From an uncultured cyanobacterium (lineage in GTDB: Bacteria; Cyanobacteriota; Cyanobacteriia; PCC-9006; JAAUQQ01), in the NCBI GenBank assembly GCA_963718615.1, contig OY970368.1, positions 2,080,001 to 2,144,000 on the forward strand: a stretch of DNA of 64,000 nt. The letters are read 5' to 3'. Each line of letters opens with the position of its first letter. Within the stretch, counting starts at the first letter, position 1. This document shows positions 20,295 to 29,439 of this stretch, one piece after another. Under the pieces are notes generated by a model. It saw only the letters and a program-made list of their open reading frames with translations. It searched no databases and had not been told where the DNA came from. Both the position numbers and the translations under genes were made by a program.

Positions 20295-21136
20295 TAGAGG
20301 AGTTCAAGGAAGACTATCCCATTCAAATTATTTGCGATGTGATTGGATACAGTCGAAGCCGATATTACTACAAGCCGAAGTCAGAGAAAGAAGATGAAGA
20401 CGAAAAGCTCAGAGTAGCGATTATCGAAGTTGCAGGAAGATATCCGACTTACGGTTACAGACGGATAACGAAACAACTTCAGCGAGAAGGATGGAGTGTC
20501 AACCATAAGCGAGTGAGTCGTCTGATGAGGCAGTTAGGTCTACTAGCTCAAAAGCGGGTGAGGCGGAAGCGAACGACGAACAGTGTGCATGGCTATCGGC
20601 GTTATCCAAATCTGGAGAAAGGGCTGTTGGTAATGCGTCCTGAGCAGGTGTGGGTGGCGGACATCACCTATATCCGCTTGAAGGAGGAGTTTGTCTATCT
20701 GGCAGTGGTGATGGATGTATTCACCCGCAGTATACGAGGATGGCACCTGGATAAGACAATGGAGAAGAGCTTGACGATAACAGCACTGGAGAAGGGATTG
20801 ATGAAAGCAATTCCCGAGATACATCATTCAGATCAAGGGGTGCAATATGCAGCGAATGACTATGTAAAAATGTTGGAAGAACACAACGTTAAGATTAGTA
20901 TGGCAGCTATCGGGAAAGCCTGGGAGAATGGATATGCGGAAAGATTAATGAGAACGATCAAAGAAGAGGAAGTAGACCTATCAGAATACCGAAACTTTAG
21001 TGAGGTCTATGAGCGAATAGAAGAGTTTCTAGAGGAAGTGTATATGAAGAAAAGAATCCACTCGTCATTGAGCTATTTGACACCGGCTGAATTTGAAGAA
21101 AAGTGGATGCGCGGGCAACAGAATGCAGAAGTGTGA
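20267..21136 (+). CDS. IS3 transposase OrfB (DDE)
   Basis: YGYRRI, WVADITY, HHSDQGVQY, ENGYAER. Confidence 0.93.
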   Translation: MEPERKRKMIEEFKEDYPIQIICDVIGYSRSRYYYKPKSEKEDEDEKLRVAIIEVAGRYPTYGYRRITKQLQREGWSVNHKRVSRLMRQLGLLAQKRVRRKRTTNSVHGYRRYPNLEKGLLVMRPEQVWVADITYIRLKEEFVYLAVVMDVFTRSIRGWHLDKTMEKSLTITALEKGLMKAIPEIHHSDQGVQYAANDYVKMLEEHNVKISMAAIGKAWENGYAERLMRTIKEEEVDLSEYRNFSEVYERIEEFLEEVYMKKRIHSSLSYLTPAEFEEKWMRGQQNAEV

Positions 21137-21312
21137 TAAAAGTAAAACAACTCTCGCTTAGGCCAGATCTTTCTGTCCAAAGGAAGGGGTTCACTTCAGA
21201 TCTTAGATTGTCGTCTTGACCTGAGATTGCCGCTTCTCATTTCCTTTTGCCAATTCAGTGGGCTCCCCGCCTTCTAATTGTCGCGACAGGCAAATGTCTT
21301 GACACTTGATAG

Positions 21313-21443
21313 TCCAGAAATTCGGGGGGATGTTGCCAATCGATCAGTTTGGCGGTGTTGGGAAAAAAGAATTCGATCGCTTCTTGAAAATAGGTACGCA
21401 GCACAAACTTCCAAGGGCCATCTTGGGGATCGGACTGAACCAT
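21313..21443 (-). pseudogene. 5' fragment of Rpn-family nuclease gene
   Basis: Identical first ~44 aa to 33504..34688, then unrelated sequence. Confidence 0.88.
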
Positions 21444-21569
21444 TGCTCTCTGTCCCTGAGTAAGAGTTCGATTGTACTTCTTTTGGGGTACTCGCCAGTC
21501 AATTGAGGCGTGGCGTTTCTAGCTGTGCGTTCGGAATTAGCTAAGGTAAAAGCTAGGAGAATGTGCTTT

Positions 21570-21927
21570 CTGCGTGAATCTGCGTAGGCTTTTTGTTTGA
21601 AGATGGAATAAAGATACGGATGGAGTGGGTGAGTGATGGAGTAATGGTGTGATGGAGTCGTCACCCAATCACCCCGTCACCCAATCACCCCGATACTCAA
21701 CGACCCATGACCCAGACCCCTGAAACACAACTGAAAACTGCTGAGGCGCGGCTGGCGGAGGCTTTGGCGTTGCGGGAGGCTGGGGATTTGGTGGGGGCGG
21801 TGGGGCGGTTGCGGGAGCTGCTGGAGGAGGCTGGGTTTGTTCGGGGGTGGATGGAGTTGGGGCGGACGTTGCGGCGGTTGGGGGAGCGAGAGGGGGCTTT
21901 GGAGGCGTTTGGGGAGGCTGAGCGGCT
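21570..21927 (+). repeat. Leader repeat copy 1
   Basis: CTGCGTG(G/A)ATCTGCGTA..GAAGATGGAATAAAGA..octamer hairpin..ATGACCCAGACCCCTGAA; 3' limit approximate. Confidence 0.95.
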
Positions 21928-24751
21928 TGATTCAACGTATTTACCTAGCAAGATTGATTGTGCAGTCGAACTGCGCAAGCTTGGCCAACTTGATAGAGCT
22001 AAGGAAAAATTAAACGAAATCCTTAAGATCGAACCAGGTCAACCTATTGCTTTGTTTGAGCTTGGCGAAGTCTATAGATGTAAGAATGATCTAGATAAAG
22101 CGATCGCCCAATACGAAAAAACCTTAGAATCTGAGCCGGAGCATTTTTGGGCTTTTTTACAAGTTGCCCTATACAAAAAAGAACTAGATCGACTAGAAAC
22201 AGTGGAAGAACGATTAAAGAATGTTCTTAAAGAAGAGCCTAAGCACTTTCTTTCTCATGTACAGTTAGGCCTACTAGCTCGTCATCAAGATCAACATCTA
22301 AAAGCTCTACATTGGTTCCAGAAAGCTGCTCAATTAGCAAAATTTCCTGAAGAGTCTCTTCATGCTCAACTTAGTATTATTGAAGAACTACAGGTATTAG
22401 AACGGTTATCTGAAGCTTTAGTCTTAGCTAAGGAGATAAGTCAAACATATCCTGAGGAAGTCTATGCTAAAATCCTCTTAGGAAATACTTACCATCGCCA
22501 AAAGTTTTTTGATTTTGCAATAGGTGTGTATCAAGAAATTTTGGCAGATAAGCCAGATCATTTTGATGCTCAGATTGGGTTGAGCCGGAGCTTATTTGAA
22601 TTAGGTCAAGCTGAAGCAGCGTTGGATATTTTGACTCAGATTGAGAATGAGCAGAAAAACACTCTATCAGTTCAGCTATGGCAAGTTGAGATTCTTCATA
22701 GCTTAAGTTATTTAGACCAAGTTGAAGACAAACTCACTCAATTACTAGAACGGTTTCCAACTGAGTCTCGTATACTCATGCGGTTTGGCCATTTAGAGCG
22801 GCAGCGCGGGAGCCGAGGTAAAGCTTTGCGATGGTTTCGAAAAGCAGAGGAGCATGCTGGAGATATAGAACAAGTTTGGAGTGCCCAGCTTTTTGCAGTT
22901 GAGGAACTTCGTGATCTGAAGCATTTAGATGAAGCAATGGCTGAGATAAAACAACGACTTGAACTGCGGCCTCAGAATGCCTGGGGACATCTCATTTTGG
23001 CAAGTATTTACTACGAAAAATTGGATCTAAAGAAAGCCGCTGATATTTATCGTCGTTTATTGCAATATCATCCAAATCATCTAGAAGCTCAACTAGAGCT
23101 TGCTCAAATCTTAAGTGAAACTCAGCAGGTTTCAGAAGCGATTGAAAATCTTGAGAGACTTTTTCAATCTGGACGGCAAGACTTTCGTATTCTTATGAGT
23201 TTAGGTCAGCTTGCTCAGTCACAGAAAGATTGGGCGATCGCCCAAGAATGGTACGAGCTAGCTTGTCAAGCCTATCCTCAAAAACCTCAAGGTTACATTG
23301 AGTTGTCAGAGATTTTTTATCAGCAAGGCAAACTTCAGGATGCTATTACGATCCTGGAGGAAGCAGAGCAGAAAATACCCCATGCTCCAGAAGTACCAAT
23401 CAAGAAGGCTGACTTACAGTTATATCTGGGCTATCCAGAAGAAAATCTACTAATTCTTAAAAAGGCTTATGAGAAGTTTCCATATCACGGTCCAATCATT
23501 CTACGAATTTGTCGATCATATTTACAATTAGGTAGATTTGAGGACGTAGTGATGCTGCTTGACAGTATCAAGTTTGATGATGGACGTTGGCAAAAGGAAA
23601 TCGCTCAACTATTAGGGGAATTGGCGATGCGACAATTTCAGTTTGAGCGAGCAGCGTGGCATTATCGAGAGGCGATCGCATGCGCCCCTAGTCTTTCCTA
23701 TGAACATAATCAATTAGCCCAGGCGCTTTTGTTGCAAGTCAAGCCTGTGGAAGCTCATGAGCAACTATCTCTGGCCACAGATGAGTTGAAGCGAAAGAAG
23801 ATCCCAGGTCAGACAAGCATTCCGTTGAAGGACCATGTGGCAGTGTTGGTCAATCAGATGCGCATGAATCCAACGTTATTAGAAAAAGTTAAGCAGGCAG
23901 AGCATCAACAGGGGCAGGACCAACTACTGAGTCTAGCTGCAATTATTGTTCGCGAGCCTAGTTATTTAGGCGCTTCTCTTTGTCTAGCAAAGTGTTTGCG
24001 ACAGCAAAACAGTTTTAATGAGCTAAAACAAGCTTTGGGGCAAATTCAGATGAATGTGCCAACCATTCCCAAGCGGATCGTGCAGTTTTGGGATAGCCCA
24101 ACGCTACCACCAGAAGTGGAACAGGTTGCTCGAAGTTGGCTAGAAGTCAATCCTAGCTATGAATATGTACGATTTTCATTGAAAAACGCGATCGCCTTCC
24201 TTCGCAAACATTACGAACCTGATGTCCTCAAGGCATTTCAATACTGTGGTCATCCGGCAACGCAGGCAGATTTGTTTAGGTTAGCTTATCTTTATAGGAT
24301 GGGTGGATTTTACGCGGACGCGGACGATCGTTGCCAAAAGTCTCTTGATGATTTGGTGGCGTCCAATGCTGAGCTAGTCGTGTATCAAGAGGAGTACGCC
24401 TCAATCGGAAATAACTTCCTAGGTGCTGTTCCGAATCAACCGATGATTCGGATTGCGCTCTATCAAGCCGTGGCGAATCTACTGAGCTATACAACGGAAG
24501 GGCCTTGGTTTCAAACGGGTCCAGGATTGATGACTTGCTCGTTTTGTACAGGCTTGTTACCGTATCTGTCGCATCTAGACTATAGAATGTGGCCGCGAGT
24601 CATGGTGTTGAGCCAGGAAGAGTTACGGGAATATGTTTGGCCCCATGTCGCGTTACCCTACAAGCACACAGAGAAAAGCTGGTCTTATGCGGCCTATCAT
24701 CGGCGTCAGGAACGAAAAACTGTACCTTCGCGAGGAGCAATGTCGGAATAG
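21707..24751 (+). CDS. TPR-repeat protein with C-terminal DXD glycosyltransferase (GT32/Gly_transf_sug-like), copy 1
   Basis: Many TPRs; IPKRIVQFWD..NPSYEY..ADLFRLAYLY..GGFYADAD. Confidence 0.9.
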   Translation: MTQTPETQLKTAEARLAEALALREAGDLVGAVGRLRELLEEAGFVRGWMELGRTLRRLGEREGALEAFGEAERLDSTYLPSKIDCAVELRKLGQLDRAKEKLNEILKIEPGQPIALFELGEVYRCKNDLDKAIAQYEKTLESEPEHFWAFLQVALYKKELDRLETVEERLKNVLKEEPKHFLSHVQLGLLARHQDQHLKALHWFQKAAQLAKFPEESLHAQLSIIEELQVLERLSEALVLAKEISQTYPEEVYAKILLGNTYHRQKFFDFAIGVYQEILADKPDHFDAQIGLSRSLFELGQAEAALDILTQIENEQKNTLSVQLWQVEILHSLSYLDQVEDKLTQLLERFPTESRILMRFGHLERQRGSRGKALRWFRKAEEHAGDIEQVWSAQLFAVEELRDLKHLDEAMAEIKQRLELRPQNAWGHLILASIYYEKLDLKKAADIYRRLLQYHPNHLEAQLELAQILSETQQVSEAIENLERLFQSGRQDFRILMSLGQLAQSQKDWAIAQEWYELACQAYPQKPQGYIELSEIFYQQGKLQDAITILEEAEQKIPHAPEVPIKKADLQLYLGYPEENLLILKKAYEKFPYHGPIILRICRSYLQLGRFEDVVMLLDSIKFDDGRWQKEIAQLLGELAMRQFQFERAAWHYREAIACAPSLSYEHNQLAQALLLQVKPVEAHEQLSLATDELKRKKIPGQTSIPLKDHVAVLVNQMRMNPTLLEKVKQAEHQQGQDQLLSLAAIIVREPSYLGASLCLAKCLRQQNSFNELKQALGQIQMNVPTIPKRIVQFWDSPTLPPEVEQVARSWLEVNPSYEYVRFSLKNAIAFLRKHYEPDVLKAFQYCGHPATQADLFRLAYLYRMGGFYADADDRCQKSLDDLVASNAELVVYQEEYASIGNNFLGAVPNQPMIRIALYQAVANLLSYTTEGPWFQTGPGLMTCSFCTGLLPYLSHLDYRMWPRVMVLSQEELREYVWPHVALPYKHTEKSWSYAAYHRRQERKTVPSRGAMSE

Positions 24752-24790
24752 GCTTGGTACAATGGTTATAGACGTCGTTGGGAGATCACG

Positions 24791-25507
24791 ATGGTTCAAA
24801 TTCCTTCCCGTACTTCTGCACAGAAACCAAGATTAGACCCATCCTCGGCACAGGATTCTGCGCTGTCTCAAGCCGCACCGGATTGGGATATGCTGGGGGA
24901 GGAGTGGCTGAGTGATGAACCGGAGTTGGAGTCTGATTTTCACCGAGAGCAAATTACGTTGTTGTTGCGGTTGATGCAATGGTATTGGCGCAACCGCAAT
25001 GATATCTATTGCTCTGGCAACACGACGGTGTATTATGACGAGTCTCAGAGAACAAATCGCAATTTTAAGGGTCCGGATGTCTTTGTAGTGCTGGGGGTAG
25101 ATCCGAGGTTGCGCAGTAGTTGGATGACTTGGTGTGAGGGGGGTCGGTATCCGAATGTAGTGATTGAGTTGCTGTCAGATTCGACAGCGAAGGTGGATCG
25201 CACGGAGAAGAAGGCGTTGTATCAGAATATTTGGCGATTGCCTGAGTACTTTTGGTTTCACCCGCGTACGTTGGAATTTAAGGGATTTCGGTTGATGGGT
25301 GGGCAGTATCAGGAACTTGAGGCGGATGAGCGAGGATATTTGTGGAGTGAGGAGTTGGGCCTGTCTTTGGGGTTATCTGGAGAAAGGTTGCGGTTATTTA
25401 CGCGGGAAGGGGCGCTGGTTTTGTTAGAGGAGGAAGAGGAGCGCTTGCGGTCGGAGCGGTTAGCGAAAAAGCTGCGGGAGCTGGGGGTGAATCCGGATGA
25501 GGTTTGA
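24791..25507 (+). CDS. Uma2 family endonuclease, copy 1
   Basis: GPDVFVV, PNVVIELLSDST, KKALY, PEYFWF, KLRELG tail. Confidence 0.92.
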   Translation: MVQIPSRTSAQKPRLDPSSAQDSALSQAAPDWDMLGEEWLSDEPELESDFHREQITLLLRLMQWYWRNRNDIYCSGNTTVYYDESQRTNRNFKGPDVFVVLGVDPRLRSSWMTWCEGGRYPNVVIELLSDSTAKVDRTEKKALYQNIWRLPEYFWFHPRTLEFKGFRLMGGQYQELEADERGYLWSEELGLSLGLSGERLRLFTREGALVLLEEEEERLRSERLAKKLRELGVNPDEV

Positions 25508-25526
25508 AGGTTTTTCGGTAGTCCAA

Positions 25527-25967
25527 TTATGTGGGTGCTGGAGAGAATGAAGCGGCATGAGCCTGCTTAAGGCGCAATTGCTGGTTGTAATGGTGAACGA
25601 AATTCCAGATCGCAGCCTCGTGGTTCTCTTGTTTCTTTGAAAACGAGAGAGCCTTTCGGACCAAGCGCGACACCCTTTGCCGCAGGGTGCAGTTGAACCT
25701 CTCGATGTAGCTCGTCAGCCCGCTTTCTTTCCCAACCGCTCGGTGGCGTTGGCTAGGAAGCACACAGGCATAGCTCTCCCAATAATCGGTGTAGATGACT
25801 GCACATTGGCGGTACACTCCCGGTAGAGACCGCCATAAAGCTTCGGCAGATTTAGCACTTCGGTCCCCGATATAAAGGCCAATGATTTCGCGAGTGTCCG
25901 CATCTAGAGCAATCCAAACCCACTGTTTATTTCCTTTATGGTCCACGAACGACCAGAGTTCGTCCAT
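25527..25967 (-). CDS. IS1 transposase InsB part
   Basis: DELWSFV, YTDYW, IERFNCTLRQR. Confidence 0.9.
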   Translation of the reverse strand: MDELWSFVDHKGNKQWVWIALDADTREIIGLYIGDRSAKSAEALWRSLPGVYRQCAVIYTDYWESYACVLPSQRHRAVGKESGLTSYIERFNCTLRQRVSRLVRKALSFSKKQENHEAAIWNFVHHYNQQLRLKQAHAASFSPAPT

Positions 25968-25975
25968 CTGGACCG

Positions 25976-26299
25976 TCAGAGCTTTTTTACTTTCTTCGTC
26001 ACTTCCACCTCCCGAGCAACGGTTTTAGCTTTGGCGTTGACGTAGGTCTGAATGCAGCTCTCGGAGCGCTGCATCACCCGAGCAATTCCAGCGATGGCCA
26101 GCCTTTCAAGCAATAAACGTTCGAGCAAGGCTATCTCTTCATCGCTCAAGGGAAGGGATTTCGGAGTCAGGACAAACCGGCGACGGCAATCTCGACATTT
26201 ATAGCTTTGAGTACCGCGATCGTTGAAGCCGTTACGGCTGATATCTTCAGATAGACAGTTAGGACAATGAATCAGCTCTTGAGTCATCGCAATTGGCAC
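25976..26299 (-). CDS. IS1 transposase InsA part
   Basis: CPNC..YKCRDC zinc finger plus HTH. Confidence 0.88.
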   Translation of the reverse strand: MPIAMTQELIHCPNCLSEDISRNGFNDRGTQSYKCRDCRRRFVLTPKSLPLSDEEIALLERLLLERLAIAGIARVMQRSESCIQTYVNAKAKTVAREVEVTKKVKKL

Positions 26300-26384
26300 A
26301 GAAGGGTCTTACCCAGTTTGCTTTTTCTTTCTCTAATGGCCACAACATACTCATCCCCCAGCTAAAGGCACTACCGAAGTTTAT

Positions 26385-26753
26385 TTAAGCAGAGAGTACT
26401 TGATTTTCAGATACGGACTGAGACATTTGAAGTACTTTTTTAAGCCAATTCCCGATTTGGGTGATGAATTCCTGATTGCGAGAATTGTCGGTCAAGCAAT
26501 GATTAAGAGTCAGTTGCCAGCGGGCGAGTTGAACCTGCAATTCAACTAACTCAGCCGTAGTTTCAACGTCAAACTCACAGGCAGTCCACTCAATCAGGTA
26601 TTTACTTTCATAGAGGATGTTATCTATAAGAATGGAAGCTGCCGCTTCTTTGGCGAGAGTTCGAAGTCGGGCAAGATTCATGGCGAGATAGCCCAGTCGT
26701 TGCTCTGGGGGTTGAGCTAAATAGCAGGCTTTTATTTCTGACAAATCTCTCAT
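26385..26753 (-). CDS. Helical hypothetical protein coupled to DUF5674 gene
   Basis: 4-bp overlap with upstream gene; identical copy at 47790. Confidence 0.75.
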   Translation of the reverse strand: MRDLSEIKACYLAQPPEQRLGYLAMNLARLRTLAKEAAASILIDNILYESKYLIEWTACEFDVETTAELVELQVQLARWQLTLNHCLTDNSRNQEFITQIGNWLKKVLQMSQSVSENQVLSA

Positions 26754-27085
26754 TGTTCTCCTAGTTTATCTTCTAAGATTTTCTTGACTTTTTCGCGAAT
26801 GATTGGATCAGAGATTTGCATTTCGCGATTGTTTTGACGGGGTTTAATATTAATTAGCGATTCGTAAGCGACTTCTTGCTTAAATGGGATCCAGTCTGCT
26901 CCCCAAATGTCCTTTTGCGAGCTGCCATCTTCAAGGAGCATGGCCTCACAGTCCGCATGGAGTTGTCCGCCACCTGCTAAAATTTTTCTCTCGGTATCTA
27001 CAGCGGTTTTGATATATACACCAAGGGCTTCCAGCATCTCTACTTGCTGCTCTGGTGTTGCGTGATCTCGGATGATGTGGATCAA
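26750..27085 (-). CDS. DUF5674-like protein
   Basis: IKTAVD..LAGGGQLHADCE..LLEDGS..DIWGA..ESLINIKP. Confidence 0.78.
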   Translation of the reverse strand: MIHIIRDHATPEQQVEMLEALGVYIKTAVDTERKILAGGGQLHADCEAMLLEDGSSQKDIWGADWIPFKQEVAYESLINIKPRQNNREMQISDPIIREKVKKILEDKLGEQ

Positions 27086-27237
27086 AGCTTGGATTAGCTG
27101 ATTTTAACCGATCTTAGCAGCTTCTTTGAAGGTGTGCGAGTGGTGATGTGTAAGAAATGGTTTGGGTCATGAAGTAATGATTGTGAGCTGAGTGTGGATG
27201 GGGCTTGAGATTGGGGGTCGGTTTGGCCGAAGGAGGT

Positions 27238-27462
27238 CTACTGAATTTTGCTGGTGTGGTAGTTGAGGAGAAGGGTGCTAATGATGAGGATGGCGAGAAG
27301 CTGGAGTTCTGGGGGCCAGAGGGTGATGATTCTGGTGGTGTAGAGAGCGCTGGGGGGTGTTGGGTGGCTGCGTGGATCTGCGTAAGCTTTTTGTTTGAAG
27401 ATGGAATAAAGATACGGATGGAGTGGGTGAGTGATGGAGTAATGGTGTGATGGGGTCGTCAC
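27238..27462 (-). CDS. Small hydrophobic peptide, homologous to 33164..33451; start uncertain
   Basis: LYTTRIITLW..LAILIISTLLL..KIQ* aligns with the C-terminus of the 33164 ORF. Confidence 0.45.
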   Translation of the reverse strand: MTTPSHHYSITHPLHPYLYSIFKQKAYADPRSHPTPPSALYTTRIITLWPPELQLLAILIISTLLLNYHTSKIQ

Positions 27463-27776
27463 CCAATCACACCGTCACCCAATCACCCTGATACTCAACG
27501 ACCCATGACCCAGACCCCTGAAACACAACTGAAGACTGCTGAGGCGCGGCTGGCGGCGGCTTTGGCGTTGCGGGAGGCGGGGGATTTGGGGGGGGCGGTG
27601 GGGCGGTTGCGGGAGCTGCTGGCTGAGGAGGGTGGGTTTGTGCGGGGGTGGATGGAGTTGGGGTGGACGTTGCGGCGGTTGGGGGAGCGAGAGGGGGCTT
27701 TGGAGGCGTTTGGGGAGGCTGAGCGGTTGGAGCCGAAGCATTTGCAGAGTCGGATTGAGGGGGCGATCGAGTTACG
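27368..27776 (+). repeat. Leader repeat copy 2
   Basis: Same core; ATG at 27505. Confidence 0.95.
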
Positions 27777-28534
27777 GGCCTTAGAGCGATTTGATGAAGC
27801 TGAGCAGAAGTTGTTGGGGGTGTTGCAGATTAATCCGGAGCAGCCTGCGGCTTTGTTTCAGTTGGGGGAGGTGTATCGGGTTCAGCGAAGGTTTGAGGAG
27901 GCGATCGCCCAATATCATAAAACAATAGAAACTGACCCTAAGAATGCTTGGGCAAAGATTCAAGTAGCGATTACGTATCACGAGTCAGGTTGTTGGGATA
28001 CTGCCGAAGAAGAATTAAAGAATTTTATAAAAACTAATAGTGAACATCCAGAGGCCTACTTCAACTTAGGAAAAGTTTATCGATCAAAGAAGAATTTCAA
28101 AGAAGCGATACTCCAATATCAAAAGGTTCTTAGTATTCAACCCGATCATCATTGGGCTCAAATCCATATCGCAATCATATATCGAGAGATTGGACATTAT
28201 GACATCGCAAAAAAAAGACTGACTAGTTTACTGAAGGCTAATCCATCACACTCTTTTGCTCTATTCCAGCTTGGAGAAGTCTATCGTCTACAGAAAAAAT
28301 CAGAAAAGGCAATTGCCCAGTATAAAAAGGCTTTAGATTCTGATTTTGAGGCTCCTTGGCTAGAGATAAGTATCGCTAATGCTTGTCGAGAGATAGGAGA
28401 ATTAGACAAAGCTGAAAAGCATTTAATTCGATTTTTAGATACGAACGGTGCACACCCAGAAGCTCTATTCAACTTAGGGAAAGTCTATCGGTCACAGAAG
28501 AAGTTTGAAGAAGCTCTTATACAGTATAAAAAAG

Positions 28535-29439
28535 GGTAGTCCCCTTTAGTAAAGGATGGAGAAAATATCATTGGGCTGGTTGTTCAGCATCTTTTCTCTG
28601 ATTAGACGGTTGTACTCATGAATGAAATTCCAAATTGCACCGATATGGTTGTCCAGCTTCTTGGAGAAAGACAAGGTTTTTCTCACTAGGCGCGAAACCC
28701 TCTGCCTCAGGGTGTTGTTGAACCTTTCGATGTAGCTCGTCAACCCACTGTCTTTGCTGACGGCACGATGACGCTGCGCTGGAATCACACTCTCGTAGGC
28801 TTCCCAAAAATCCGTATAGACCGTGGCGCATTGCCGATACACCGACGGTAAGGATTGCCATAACGCCACGGCTGATGCTCGGGAGCGGTCGCCGATGTGG
28901 CAGCCAATCACCTCTCGGGTGTTCGCATCCAAAGCTATCCAGACCCATTGCTTGTTGCCCTTATGGTCCACAAAGGACCATAGCTCATCCATTTGCACCC
29001 TCAGCCTTCCTTTCGCTTTGGGCAGTACCTCTGCCTTTTGGGGCACCGCCTTATAGTGTTCATTGACGTAATCTTGCAGCCAGCTACTCGAAACGCCCGT
29101 TGCTCTAGCAATCCCTGCCAGGGGAATTTTCTCTAGCAGCAGCAGGTCTATCAAACTCTGGGTGTCTTTGTCTTTCGGCTTCCACTGGGGGTCTTCGACA
29201 AACTGTCGGTTGCAGTCTCGGCATTTGTAGTTTTGTTTGCCTCGGCGGGTTGTGCCGTTCTTGGAAATGTCGTGGGAGCCACAGGTCGGGCAAGTACGTT
29301 CTATGGTCATCTTTTCCTTTCTCCTACAACCGCTCCTCGTTTCTACAACAGTTTTCCCTTCTTTCCCTTTATCTTCAGCTCCTATTGACTACAACTGCTT
29401 CACTCTGTTTTTCTTTATCCTTTACATAAAAGCACTACC
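28535..29439 (-). mobile_element. IS1-family element with 8-bp target duplication
   Basis: GGTAGT..ACTACC ends; TAAAAAAG at 28527-28534 and 29440-29447. Confidence 0.95.
28546..29310 (-). CDS. IS1 transposase, single in-frame InsAB
   Basis: CPTC..CRDC, DELWSFV, IERFNNTLRQR in one ORF. Confidence 0.93.
   Translation of the reverse strand: MTIERTCPTCGSHDISKNGTTRRGKQNYKCRDCNRQFVEDPQWKPKDKDTQSLIDLLLLEKIPLAGIARATGVSSSWLQDYVNEHYKAVPQKAEVLPKAKGRLRVQMDELWSFVDHKGNKQWVWIALDANTREVIGCHIGDRSRASAVALWQSLPSVYRQCATVYTDFWEAYESVIPAQRHRAVSKDSGLTSYIERFNNTLRQRVSRLVRKTLSFSKKLDNHIGAIWNFIHEYNRLIREKMLNNQPNDIFSILY

Larger units (their letters stand above)
19924..21198 (+). mobile_element. IS3-family insertion sequence
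   Basis: Imperfect IRs TGAAGTGACCCCC..AACAGA / TCTGTCC..GGGGTTCACTTCA; orfA/orfB with A7G slippery site at 20249-20256; no target duplication. Confidence 0.92.
25517..26375 (-). mobile_element. IS1-family element (frameshifted InsA/InsB)
   Basis: Ends GGTAGT../..ACTACC; A AAA AAG slippery site near 25982-25988; no target duplication. Confidence 0.9.

Noticed and set aside
21344-21978. Pro-rich and other antisense ORFs over the leaders (also near 27475, 37109, 48880)
   Set aside because: These are shadows of the G-skewed strand, and the octamer indels shift frames in the upstream part.
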